Below, piece after piece: positions 20,761 through 29,388 of a stretch of DNA of 64,000 bases. The DNA is from an uncultured Acidobacteriota bacterium. GTDB lineage: Bacteria > Acidobacteriota > Terriglobia > Terriglobales > Acidobacteriaceae. The notes beneath the pieces were generated by a model, which was not told the origin of the DNA, searched no databases, and saw nothing but the letters and a program-made list of their open reading frames with translations. How positions within the stretch are numbered: position 1 is the first letter of the stretch; each line of letters starts with the position of its first letter. Where the stretch lies: positions 427,632-491,631 of the forward strand of contig CAVQFB010000002.1 of the NCBI GenBank assembly GCA_963711675.1. Direction: 5' to 3'. The position numbers and the translations under genes were made by a program.

Positions 20761-21062
20761 AGGGCACGAGTAGCGGTCATGATTGGCTCGCGTGTGCGAC
20801 CCCGCGAGACCAGACTCAAGGTGCGGAGTTCGATCACACCGCCATGCACACCTCACTTCTACGCAAACCCCGCGAATGAGTTGTCCTCCCGCCTGAGTGA
20901 TTAGAGTCAGCGCGCCACACCGTCGGCGGTTGATCCAAAAGCAGCGCAGAGTTAGTGTCCTCAATCAGACGGGTGTACACTTTTTGCCGCGTCCCTAAGG
21001 CAATCAGGGAGGTTCGCGCTTGCTTTTCCTGGCGCGTGGCCTCCTCGAAGACCTGGGTCATC

Positions 21063-23057
21063 ATGGACAAGGCCCCTACCCTTTTTTATCGGCGAGCATG
21101 GAATCACGAGTTTGCCAAAGTCTGGGCTCCAATCCTGGGACTCGCCGTCTGTACCGGATTGCTGGACTTTCTCCATGAGTATATCTATTACCGTTTGAGT
21201 AATCGGGTCTCGCCATGGGCCATGATCGCGCATGGATTAGCGGTATGGTGGTTGAGTTACATCATCCTTGTCGTAATTGCACTCCTCATGGCCCACTGGT
21301 TTGTGCTGGCTCCTGACGTACTTGCCCGCAATCTTGGCATTCATTTTCTGGCCGCTCTGCTGTTGGCCTATGGTCACACGATCAGCAACGCTCTGCTAAC
21401 CCCTGTCCCCGGCGTCACTGGTTCACCTCTGAGCAAGGTTGTTTTCATGGCTGGGCTGAACTTTCCCATTGATTTTGTTTCTTATTGGGCCATCATCGGA
21501 CTCAATTCGGCCTTCTCCTACTACGCGATCGCTCGGCGTAACGAAGAGCGATCAAACAAGGCTGCGTTGCACACGAGAACCTTGATCGAAACCAGCCTCG
21601 ACCCGCTGGTGACGATAAATCGCGGAGGCCAGATAACGGACGCCAATCGGGCGGCCGAGCTGGTGACCGGGGTCGGTCGGGGAAGTTTGATCGGCAGCGA
21701 TGTGGCGGCGTACTTCACCGAGCCGGAGAAGGCGCGCGCTGGCTGCGATCAGATTTTCGCAGAGCGGACGCTTCGGAACTTTCCGTTGACGATCCGCAGC
21801 GTTTCGGGCGGCGTCACCGACGTATTGTGCAACGCGAGTGTGTTCAAGAATGAGGCGGGAGAGGTGGAAGGAGCGGTCGCTGCCGCCCGCGATATCACGG
21901 ATCGCAAACAGCGCGACGAACAGCTGCTACAGTCGCAGAAGCTGGAAGCCATCGGCCAGTTGGCCGGGGGCGTAGCTCACGATTTCAACAACATCATTGG
22001 CGTCATCCTCGGGTACGCTGAACTCGCGCAGGCCCGAACATCCCTGGATGACCCTCTGGCCAAGCATATTGGCCGCATCCGCAACGCTGCCGAGCGCGGC
22101 GCCGCCCTCACCCGGCAGCTATTGGCCTTCAGCCGCAAGCAACCTCTGCAGCCGGAGATCTTGAATCTGAACGACATCGTCATCGAACTAGCCAAGATGC
22201 TAGTGCGCCTGGTGGGCGAGAACATTGAGGTCGTGGTTCAGACGTCTGACGATCTCGGCAGTGTAAAAGCCGACCCGATTCAGATCCAGCAGGTCCTGAT
22301 CAACCTGGCCATCAATGCGCGCGATGCTATGCCGAATGGCGGAAAACTGGTGATTTCCATCGCCAATACCCGAATGGATGAAGGGTCGCCGGTTCCCAAC
22401 GGTGACTATGTGATGATCTCCGTCTCTGACACCGGCGTTGGCATGGACGAGGAAATCCGATCCCACATCTTCGAACCCTTCTTCACCACCAAAGGATTCG
22501 GGAAAGGCACGGGCCTCGGACTTTCAATCATCTACGGAATTATCCGGCAGAGCGGAGGTCACATATGGATCGAGAGTGAACCCGGCAAAGGGTCGACCTT
22601 CAAAATCTGGCTGCCGCGAGTAAGCGAGCTTCCGGAACCCGGGGTGCGGGAGGCAAGCGTGATCCCTATCGTCCAGAAGGCGGTAGAGACGATTTTGCTC
22701 GTGGAGGACGAAACCGAACTCGCCAACATGACCCGCGAAGTTCTCGAAGAGAGCGGCTTCCGGGTCTTGCAGGCTGCCAGCGCAGAGGAAGCCCTGGATT
22801 TATCTGCGGCTTTCAAAGGCAAGATCGATCTGCTACTCACCGATGTTGTCTTGCGCACCGGTATGGACGGAACCATGCTCGCCGAACGCCTGCGCGCTTC
22901 GCGTCCCGACCTGAAGGTAATCTACATGTCCGGCTACAACGAGGTAATGGTGGCCTTCGGCGGCAAACGCGCCCTGGGCGCAGAGCTGCTGGAAAAACCC
23001 TTCACCACGATCACGCTCCGCAGCAAGCTGCGCGAAATTCTAGATAGAGACTCGTAA
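21063..23057 (+). CDS. Hybrid sensor histidine kinase/response regulator (TM sensor + PAS + HisKA + HATPase + REC)
   Basis: About 5 TM helices; PAS ([26 protein letters not shown]); H-box [14 protein letters not shown]; N-box [10 protein letters not shown]; G-boxes DTGVGMD and GTGLGLS; receiver LLVEDE...LLLTDVVL...LEKPF. Confidence 0.9.
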   Translation: MDKAPTLFYRRAWNHEFAKVWAPILGLAVCTGLLDFLHEYIYYRLSNRVSPWAMIAHGLAVWWLSYIILVVIALLMAHWFVLAPDVLARNLGIHFLAALLLAYGHTISNALLTPVPGVTGSPLSKVVFMAGLNFPIDFVSYWAIIGLNSAFSYYAIARRNEERSNKAALHTRTLIETSLDPLVTINRGGQITDANRAAELVTGVGRGSLIGSDVAAYFTEPEKARAGCDQIFAERTLRNFPLTIRSVSGGVTDVLCNASVFKNEAGEVEGAVAAARDITDRKQRDEQLLQSQKLEAIGQLAGGVAHDFNNIIGVILGYAELAQARTSLDDPLAKHIGRIRNAAERGAALTRQLLAFSRKQPLQPEILNLNDIVIELAKMLVRLVGENIEVVVQTSDDLGSVKADPIQIQQVLINLAINARDAMPNGGKLVISIANTRMDEGSPVPNGDYVMISVSDTGVGMDEEIRSHIFEPFFTTKGFGKGTGLGLSIIYGIIRQSGGHIWIESEPGKGSTFKIWLPRVSELPEPGVREASVIPIVQKAVETILLVEDETELANMTREVLEESGFRVLQAASAEEALDLSAAFKGKIDLLLTDVVLRTGMDGTMLAERLRASRPDLKVIYMSGYNEVMVAFGGKRALGAELLEKPFTTITLRSKLREILDRDS

Positions 23058-23427
23058 CCCGCGCAGCATCTTCTGGTTTCTCGTCAGCTGGTTCTCGCCA
23101 GCCGGCCCAGCAAGTGCGATTACTACGTCACCAACAAGACCCCGGCCTCATTCGAGGTTCACGAGCTTGGGGGCGGTACTTCCAGCGTTCGTTTCGACTA
23201 CCGCATCATCGCCCTGCGGAAAAACTGCGAGAACATCCGTCTCAAGGACTACACCAACGCTCCCGATCCCCGCAAGATGATGAAGCGGCCAAAGGAAATG
23301 CGCCAAGGGCCAGCCGACGATCAGTCCGGCGGCACAAGCCGCGCCTGCCCTTCGATAAGAGCAAAGGTGTTGTCAAGAGCGTAGTGATCCTGGGCGGTGC
23401 AACGCTGCCACGCACTCACTGACTCCG

Positions 23428-24669
23428 CTAGTGCTGTTTGTGGTTGGCCGACGCGTCGCTTGCCAACTCTGACTTTGTCGCCTCAGTATCGAGCACTCGG
23501 TACATCGTCTGCATGCCGCCCTTCATGTGGTCGTCCACATGACAATGGAACATCCATGTCCCAGCCATATCCGGCGTCATGTCGGCGGTCACGAACTGCG
23601 CCGGTCCGATGGTCGGCAGCACGTCCATATATTGACCGCGCACACTCACCAGGTTGCCGTGCCAGTGCGGGGTGTGAAAATTGAAGCCATTGCCCATGGT
23701 CATCACGTACCAGCGGACATGCTCGCCCTTGCGCATAGTCATCATCGGACCATTGCTGAACATGTATCCGTTGATCGTGGATTTCGTGTTGCTGATCGCA
23801 AAGCCGTGGCCCAGCGGAAGGTCGGCATTGCCTTCGGGATCTTCCGGCACAGCCTCGAGCCGATTCAGCTTGGCTGGATCGGCGATATGCGCATGCACGT
23901 TCTGGTTGAAATACTGGCTCTGGTTTTCGTCGACGATCATGAACAGGGCGAAAAACTCGTGGTCCATGTCCTTGGGCGAGCCGTCGGGGCGAGCCATGCC
24001 GCGGCGCGTGATGACGATAGGGCCAATCAGGCCGGCGTTCACATCTTTCGGTTCGTAATTGTGCGAGTGGTAGATCCACACCACGGAACTGCCGTCCTGC
24101 GGGCCAGGACCGGCCTGCTCGCGCGCGGTCCAGTTATATATGTGTGTCTTGCCCGGCGGGACCAGGCCATCGGCTTCGGGATGGTCCATGCCGTCGGCGT
24201 ACATCGCGCCTTCGGAATCGCGCGAGTAGGCAACACCGTGCGGGTGCAGGCTGAACGGGAAGCTCGCGTTGTTACGAAACACAACTTTGATGGTGTCCCC
24301 AACTTCAGCGCGAATGACGGGTCCGAGCAGGCCCATGTGGGCCAGCTCCGGCGGCCGGGGCTTGAGCGTGCCAAAGGTGTCGTCGGTGTACTCACGAAAG
24401 ACGGCTTTGCGATACGTGGCGCCAATGCGGTCGGCGGCGGGTGAGGCCCACACACGCGCGTAGGGATCGAAGGCCCGGGCCATCATCATGTCCTTGCCGT
24501 CCGGTGTGTAGTTCCACTCGATCTCTTCGGCAGCGATGTAATACGTGCGGGTCGTGCCAGTCGGCGTTTTGGCAGCGAGTTTCGACGCAGCCGGCGCGTC
24601 GATCGGCAAGAGCATGCAACACAGACACAGCAGCACGAGCACACAACCAGATTTGCGGACACGCCGCAT
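23428..24669 (-). CDS. Multicopper oxidase domain protein (secreted)
   Basis: Copper-ligand motifs HPHG, HSH, HWHG and HCHVDDHMKGGM. Signal peptide follows ATG 24669, which is preceded by GAGGAGG. Confidence 0.85.
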   Translation of the reverse strand: MRRVRKSGCVLVLLCLCCMLLPIDAPAASKLAAKTPTGTTRTYYIAAEEIEWNYTPDGKDMMMARAFDPYARVWASPAADRIGATYRKAVFREYTDDTFGTLKPRPPELAHMGLLGPVIRAEVGDTIKVVFRNNASFPFSLHPHGVAYSRDSEGAMYADGMDHPEADGLVPPGKTHIYNWTAREQAGPGPQDGSSVVWIYHSHNYEPKDVNAGLIGPIVITRRGMARPDGSPKDMDHEFFALFMIVDENQSQYFNQNVHAHIADPAKLNRLEAVPEDPEGNADLPLGHGFAISNTKSTINGYMFSNGPMMTMRKGEHVRWYVMTMGNGFNFHTPHWHGNLVSVRGQYMDVLPTIGPAQFVTADMTPDMAGTWMFHCHVDDHMKGGMQTMYRVLDTEATKSELASDASANHKQH

Positions 24670-24727
24670 GGTTTCCTCCTCGATCTTATATGAGCAGAGT
24701 GTAGGGAGAGAGTGTGTGGAATTGTGC

Positions 24728-24822
24728 ACTACGGGTCGACACGGCGCAAGACAATTCCGAGGAGAGCCGTGATCAGGCGTGAGCAGTATTAGAAAACGAC
24801 CTCAGAGCTGAGCGTGCCGTGT
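24728..24822. repeat. Left copy of a ~95-105 bp direct repeat (partner 25517..25621)
   Basis: ACTACGGGTCGACACGGCGCAAGACAATTCCGAGG..GTGATCAGGCGTGAGCAGTATTAGAAAACGACCTCAGAGCTGAGCGTGC recurs at 25517 with a few substitutions and a 10-nt insertion. Confidence 0.9.
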
Positions 24823-24882
24823 GCTCCACCCTTTTCGCGCTTTTTGCGGAAGGGTGGGATTCCACGTTCCTCTCTCACTCGG
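24816..24882 (-). repeat. REP-like hairpin element, copy 1 (inverted relative to copies 2 and 3)
   Basis: The reverse complement aligns with 25457..25516 and 27120..27178 (..GTGGAATCCCAC..TCGCAAAA..GGGG.ACCCGGC-type core). Internal hairpin CCACCCTT...AAGGGTGG. Confidence 0.75.
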
Positions 24883-24936
24883 AACTTGGCTTTTAATTCT
24901 TTAGTTCCTTCGCATGCACCAGAATGGTGTATACTG

Positions 24937-25197
24937 GTGCGCGTGGCAGAAAGCAAACAGGTTCGTCGCAGTGTTACGCTTCCCGTCCAGATCGCGAAAC
25001 AGGTCGATTCCATCGCCAAGCGCCGTCGTCTGAGCGACAATCGGGTCCTGCTGGAACTGATTGAGGAAGGGATGGAAGCTCGAAAACAGAAGGAGAAGGC
25101 GTTCTTCGATCTCGCCGAACGCTTCCGTCAGTCCAAGGACCCGGAGGAAATCAAGCGTCTGGGAGACCAGTTGGGAACCTTCGTCTTCGGTGAGTAA
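24937..25197 (+). CDS. Ribbon-helix-helix (CopG/Arc-like) small DNA-binding protein; antitoxin-like
   Basis: RRSVTLPVQIAKQVDSIAKRRRLSDNRVLLELIEEG is a typical RHH beta-strand plus two helices. There is no in-frame ATG; GTG 24937 or 24943 lies just after a TATACT box. Confidence 0.6.
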   Translation: MRVAESKQVRRSVTLPVQIAKQVDSIAKRRRLSDNRVLLELIEEGMEARKQKEKAFFDLAERFRQSKDPEEIKRLGDQLGTFVFGE

Positions 25198-25442
25198 TGC
25201 CGCAAATCGAAAGCTGGTCGCGCCTGCCTGCCGCTGTCCGCGAACACCTCGCTGAACGGATGCGCGACCGCCATATCAGCATCAGCGATCTCAACCAATT
25301 GCGCCTATGGATCGAAACCAAACCAACTGTGCCCGAAGGCCCCTGGTATAAGGATTTCGGTACCTTCAAGCTCTGCGGCGAAGGCAAATACCCCAAGACT
25401 TTCCTTCTCGCCGGACAGCCTGCCCTCGGCCAAGAACTGTAA
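25197..25442 (+). CDS. Hypothetical 81-aa protein coupled to the RHH gene (toxin-like partner?)
   Basis: Its ATG overlaps the TAA of the RHH gene (TAATG). No recognisable motif. Confidence 0.5.
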   Translation: MPQIESWSRLPAAVREHLAERMRDRHISISDLNQLRLWIETKPTVPEGPWYKDFGTFKLCGEGKYPKTFLLAGQPALGQEL

Positions 25443-25456
25443 ACGAAAAATCCACA

Positions 25457-25516
25457 GTGGGTTAGTGACGTGCCATCCCACCCTTCGCAAGGAACAAAAA
25501 AGGGCGGGGACCCGGC
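25457..25516 (+). repeat. REP-like hairpin element, copy 2
   Basis: GTGGGTTAGTGACGTGCCATCCCACCCTTCGCAAGG..AAGGGCGGGGACCCGGC, alignable to copy 3. Confidence 0.75.
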
Positions 25517-25621
25517 ACTACGGGTCGGCACGGCGCAAGACAATTCCGAGGGAGAGGCGTGATCAGGCGTGAGCAGTATTAGAAAACGACCTCAGAACTG
25601 AGCGTGCGGAGGCGTGCCGTG
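25517..25621. repeat. Right copy of the ~95-105 bp direct repeat
   Basis: See 24728..24822. Confidence 0.9.
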
Positions 25622-25644
25622 CCAAGAGGTGAGGGATTCTCATG

Positions 25645-26079
25645 TCACACCCGCAAAATCATGACCTCGGTTGCTTTGATGAGCGCCGCCGCCGTCTGGC
25701 CCGCTTTGAGTTTCATTTCGCGAGCAGAGCTGGCGGTAATGATCGAGGTGATTTGCTGATCCCCGATCGAAATCACGACCTCGGCCATAAGCCCGCTAAG
25801 GCGCACGCTGTCAATCCGCCCGACTAGTTGATTTCTTCCACTCACGCGCCGGATCAGGAGCGCCCTCTCCTGCCAGGTTTTGGCTCTAGTCCGGTACAGG
25901 AAGCGATCTACTTCACTCTGAGGAATACGATGGTGGCCTCCGGCTGTACGAACGCTTCGAATCTTCTCCTTGTAAATCCACTGCTTGATGGTGGGGAAAC
26001 TGATCCCCATTTGCAGAGCCGCATCACGCAGCTTTAACAGGTCGTCACTTCGCTGCCCGGATTTGTCCTTCGGCGTCAT
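25645..26079 (-). CDS. MerR/excisionase-type HTH + TOBE (Mop) domain transcriptional regulator (molybdate/oxyanion-sensing type)
   Basis: N-terminus LLKLRDAALQMGISFPTIKQWIYKEKIRSVRTAGGHHRI (excisionase-type HTH). C-terminus SGRNQLVGRIDSVRLSGLMAEVVISIGDQQITSIIT..KLKAGQTAAALIKATEV (TOBE). Confidence 0.8.
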   Translation of the reverse strand: MTPKDKSGQRSDDLLKLRDAALQMGISFPTIKQWIYKEKIRSVRTAGGHHRIPQSEVDRFLYRTRAKTWQERALLIRRVSGRNQLVGRIDSVRLSGLMAEVVISIGDQQITSIITASSAREMKLKAGQTAAALIKATEVMILRV

Positions 26080-26255
26080 CGGACCGAAATCGTACAGTCA
26101 ACGGAAGGCGTGGTCAAATGCGGAGGGCGTGACGTTAATCAGGCGTAAGTTGCTTTTGTTAACAGCATGGAACCGCATTGTATTAGACAACATAACCGTA
26201 TGTCATATACACTTCTGAGTTCTTTCAGCACTATCCCTATCCGTCTGGAGGCAAA

Positions 26256-27083
26256 ATGCGTAGACCTGCTTCGGTTTTCGTGGTCGTTGTGCTCTGTCTT
26301 CTTTCAAAGCTGACCTTTGCACAAGACGCATATTTTGATAATTGGTTTACTCGTGTGGACAAGACACAGGCGGAGCAGCCTCACTGGATCACACCATTAG
26401 CGACCACGACACCGCGCCTGGAGGAAGAGTTCCGCTACGACCAGTTGTGGCAGGTGAACGCAGCGGGTGTGACGACCAACAACCACGACGGTGGCAAGGG
26501 GTTGGAACTGATTCCACTGGAGAAGGTGGAAGTGATATTCAATTTGCCTCCCTACCTTGACCACAGTAACCACAAGGTGAAAAACGGCTGGGGGGACGTC
26601 GCGTTTCTTGTGAAATACCGGTTGCTTTCCTCCAACGAGGAACACGGCAATTACATTCTGACGGCATTTCTGGGCTGGAGCCTGCCCACCGGGTCCTTCA
26701 CCAACGGCGCGCCGCACGCGGTCATCACACCGACCATTGCTTATGGAAAGGGCCTTGGCCACTTTGACGCACAAGGAACGTTCGGAATTGGAATGCCCGT
26801 CGCCGATACCAAGATCGTGGGTCGAACCTACGCCTGGAACAACGCCTTCCAATACCGTGTGCTTCGGAAGTTTTGGCCGGAGGTCGAACTCAATTCAACC
26901 TTCTTTCAAGATGGCCCGAACGATGGAAAGAAACAGAACTTCGTGACTCCGGGTCTGGTCATCGGACGGCTTCACCTTTTCAACAGAATCGGCTTTAGCT
27001 TCGGCGGCGGATACCAAATCGCTACGACCCGCTTTCATACCACTAATCACAACGCCATTTTGTCGTTCCGCTTCCCCTTCTGA
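26256..27083 (+). CDS. Outer-membrane beta-barrel 'transporter' family protein (MetA-pathway/phenol-degradation-like OMP)
   Basis: Signal peptide ending in AQD, alternating beta pattern, C-terminal ...SFRFPF. Confidence 0.65.
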   Translation: MRRPASVFVVVVLCLLSKLTFAQDAYFDNWFTRVDKTQAEQPHWITPLATTTPRLEEEFRYDQLWQVNAAGVTTNNHDGGKGLELIPLEKVEVIFNLPPYLDHSNHKVKNGWGDVAFLVKYRLLSSNEEHGNYILTAFLGWSLPTGSFTNGAPHAVITPTIAYGKGLGHFDAQGTFGIGMPVADTKIVGRTYAWNNAFQYRVLRKFWPEVELNSTFFQDGPNDGKKQNFVTPGLVIGRLHLFNRIGFSFGGGYQIATTRFHTTNHNAILSFRFPF

Positions 27084-27119
27084 GGCTGGCAGCTTCGGGC
27101 GTCTGAGGAAGAATCCCAA

Positions 27120-27178
27120 GTGGTTTGGCGAGGTGGAATCCCACGTCTCGCAAAAGCGCGAGACATGGGGCACCCGGC
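27120..27178 (+). repeat. REP-like hairpin element, copy 3
   Basis: GTGGTTTGGCGAGGTGGAATCCCACGTCTCGCAAAAGCGCGAGACATGGGGCACCCGGC, with hairpin GTCTCGC/GCGAGAC. Confidence 0.75.
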
Positions 27179-27191
27179 TCTCGAAACCAGG

Positions 27192-27461
27192 TTAAGCACC
27201 GAAGCGCTCGGCGGCGCGTGCTTTCGCTTTGGCGGCCTCTTCTTCGCGGTTCTTGGGCGGAGCCGTGGTGTCGAGCGAGTGAAGCAGACGCGCGGAGACA
27301 GCGGCGATCTCGTCGACAGCGGCCAGGAAGGCTGGCTCATTGGCCTTCGACGGCTTGGTGAAGCCGCTGATCTTGCGTACGAACTGAATGGAAGCGGCGC
27401 GAATTTCTTCGTCAGTGACGGGTGGGTCGAAATTGAACAGGGTTTTGATGTTGCGGCACAT
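27192..27461 (-). CDS. DUF2277 family protein
   Basis: Starts MCRNIKTLFNFDPPVTDEEIRAAS.QFVRKISG, the signature N-terminus of DUF2277. Confidence 0.75.
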   Translation of the reverse strand: MCRNIKTLFNFDPPVTDEEIRAASIQFVRKISGFTKPSKANEPAFLAAVDEIAAVSARLLHSLDTTAPPKNREEEAAKAKARAAERFGA

Positions 27462-27533
27462 GCGAGAAGACCTCGGAGTCAGAACGATAAAGCGGTGTGA
27501 CGTCAGCTGCAATTATAGGACAGAAAAAACCGG

Positions 27534-27956
27534 TTATTTCTTCGCCGCGATGCGTTTCTCCCAGGCTTCCTGCTCGGCTTTTCCCCAGTGTGAAACGAGG
27601 ATGGAATATCCGTCGGGGTCGGCGAACTGGATTTCGCCGCTGGGCATGTATTCCGGGTAGCGGATCAGCGGCACCTTGACGCCACCGGCCAACAGTTGCT
27701 CGCGCAGTCCGGCGAGGTCAGGCGTGTACAGGCAGAGCATGACGCCGTTGTTGGAACCGTTAACCGGCTCTTCCGCGCGGAGAAACATGATGGCGCCACC
27801 CTCGCAGTGAAGGCGCGCCCAGCAAAGGGGATTGCAGCGGTCCGTGTCGATGGTGGTGAATCCGAGAAGTTCGTAAAAGGCGATTGACTTCTCGATCTCC
27901 GCGACGTGAAACATGGGAGTGGAGTAGGAAGCTTTGGCGGTCATGGCGCCCGTCAT
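27534..27956 (-). CDS. VOC (glyoxalase/bleomycin-resistance/dioxygenase) family protein
   Basis: Size and pattern (MFHVAEIEKSIAFYELLGF ...) typical of VOC proteins. Confidence 0.75.
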   Translation of the reverse strand: MTGAMTAKASYSTPMFHVAEIEKSIAFYELLGFTTIDTDRCNPLCWARLHCEGGAIMFLRAEEPVNGSNNGVMLCLYTPDLAGLREQLLAGGVKVPLIRYPEYMPSGEIQFADPDGYSILVSHWGKAEQEAWEKRIAAKK

Positions 27957-28013
27957 TTTAGCGCTTCGGGAAGGCGTGCGGAGGCCGCTGGAAATGGGGC
28001 CCGAGGAAGGTGG

Positions 28014-28388
28014 TCACTTCCTGACCTTGGAGCGGGCCTCGTTATCCTTGATACGCGCCTTGACCATCTTTTTCACGAGCGCGGCCGGGAGCGGTTGGTC
28101 GACAGGGAAGCGGATGGTCCCTTTGGAAAGGCCGTAGGATTTGAGATCAGCCTTGTGCGCGGCGATCAGAGACGAGTTCATGGGAAAAAAACTGCAGTGG
28201 TCCTTGAAGGCGGCGAAGGCGACGAGAGAGCGTAGGTAGTGGAACGTGGGGATGCCGTAGCTGATCTTCTCGGTGGCTTTGGGCGCGGCAGCCTGGATGA
28301 TTTCGCGCATTTTCTCGAGAGTGCTGCGCGCCGGTTCGGGGACGGATGATAAGTAGCTGTCGATGTCTTTTGGCGGAGCGGATTTCAT
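28014..28388 (-). CDS. DUF1801 (YdhG-like) domain protein
   Basis: IDSYLSSVPEPARSTLEKMREII...EKISYGIPTF...AFAAFKDHCSFFP pattern. Start chosen at ATG 28388. Confidence 0.75.
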   Translation of the reverse strand: MKSAPPKDIDSYLSSVPEPARSTLEKMREIIQAAAPKATEKISYGIPTFHYLRSLVAFAAFKDHCSFFPMNSSLIAAHKADLKSYGLSKGTIRFPVDQPLPAALVKKMVKARIKDNEARSKVRK

Positions 28389-28456
28389 CGAAGATTTCAC
28401 AAGTGGAATTTCCTTTCTGTCCTCAGCATAACGACCGGGTTCCGGCGCCACTACGG

Positions 28457-28753
28457 CTATCCCCCGGCGATGGCGCCGATAATTATGAACGGCTCCTTGC
28501 CGGAAGCGACGGCGTCAGGCAAAGGAGCGTCGGGCGATTCGTGCGAGAGGTCCTCTTCGCAGGCGAAGAAGCGCAGGAAGGGGCGGCGCTGTTGAGTCAC
28601 GTAGTCGCGGATAGTGCCGCGCAGCATGGGATAGCGGGCTTCAATCGCGTCGAGGACCGATCGCTGCGTGACGGGAGCGGCGACGTCGAGAGTGAGTTCG
28701 CCATCGACATGGGCGAGCTTGCGGAGATGGAAGGGAAGGAGGATGCGCATCAT
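28457..28753 (-). CDS. MoaD/ThiS-family ubiquitin-like small protein (C-terminal Gly-Gly)
   Basis: 98 aa ending ...IIIGAIAGG directly before the stop codon; beta-grasp-like size. Confidence 0.65.
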   Translation of the reverse strand: MMRILLPFHLRKLAHVDGELTLDVAAPVTQRSVLDAIEARYPMLRGTIRDYVTQQRRPFLRFFACEEDLSHESPDAPLPDAVASGKEPFIIIGAIAGG

Positions 28754-28776
28754 GGTTAACCGCTATTGCGCAGCAT

Positions 28777-29259
28777 CTACGCGGCCGCTTGTCCGTCGTA
28801 CGCTTTCTGCAAGTCTGCGATGATGATCTTGTCCATCTTGAGCATAGCCTGCATGACAGCTTGCGCTTTTTGAGGATTGGGATCACTCATCAGCTTGCCC
28901 AGGGCCTTGGGAATAATCTGCCAGGAAAGTCCGTATTTGTCCTTGAGCCAGCCACATCTGCTTTTCTCTCCGCCGGCCGAGAGCTTTTCCCATAATTCGT
29001 CGACTTCTTCCTGCGTGTCACAGTCCACAAAGAGCGATATAGCTTCCGTAAACTTGAAGTATGGGCCACCATTCAACGCCATGAACTCCTGGCCGTTGAT
29101 CTGGAATTCGGCGATCATGACCGTGCCCTTGGGTCCGGGACCCGCATCTCCATAGCGAGTCACGCGTCCAAGTTTTGAATTCTTGAAAATGGAAGTGTAG
29201 AAGTTCATGGCTTCTTCGGCGTCATTGTCGAACCAGAGGAAGGGTGTGATTTTCTGCAT
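28777..29259 (-). CDS. VOC family protein, PhnB-like (3-demethylubiquinone-9 3-methyltransferase domain)
   Basis: N-terminus MQKITPFLWFDNDAEEAMNFYTSIFKNSK is the family hallmark. Confidence 0.8.
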   Translation of the reverse strand: MQKITPFLWFDNDAEEAMNFYTSIFKNSKLGRVTRYGDAGPGPKGTVMIAEFQINGQEFMALNGGPYFKFTEAISLFVDCDTQEEVDELWEKLSAGGEKSRCGWLKDKYGLSWQIIPKALGKLMSDPNPQKAQAVMQAMLKMDKIIIADLQKAYDGQAAA

Positions 29260-29388
29260 GTTGGTTGGCTCCTTGTGAGTGGCTATGAACTCTTGTCTCT
29301 TCGAGCTCCAGGGGCTGAAAACCCTGTTCTACGGCGAAGCAACGGAGGGCCTGAAGCCGTGCCCTCCGTTTGTCGAACAACATTCGGA

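Noticed and set aside
23114-23422. 102-aa Arg-rich + strand ORF
   Set aside because: Its composition looks non-coding. A different frame in the same region carries the protein-like relic described in the findings.
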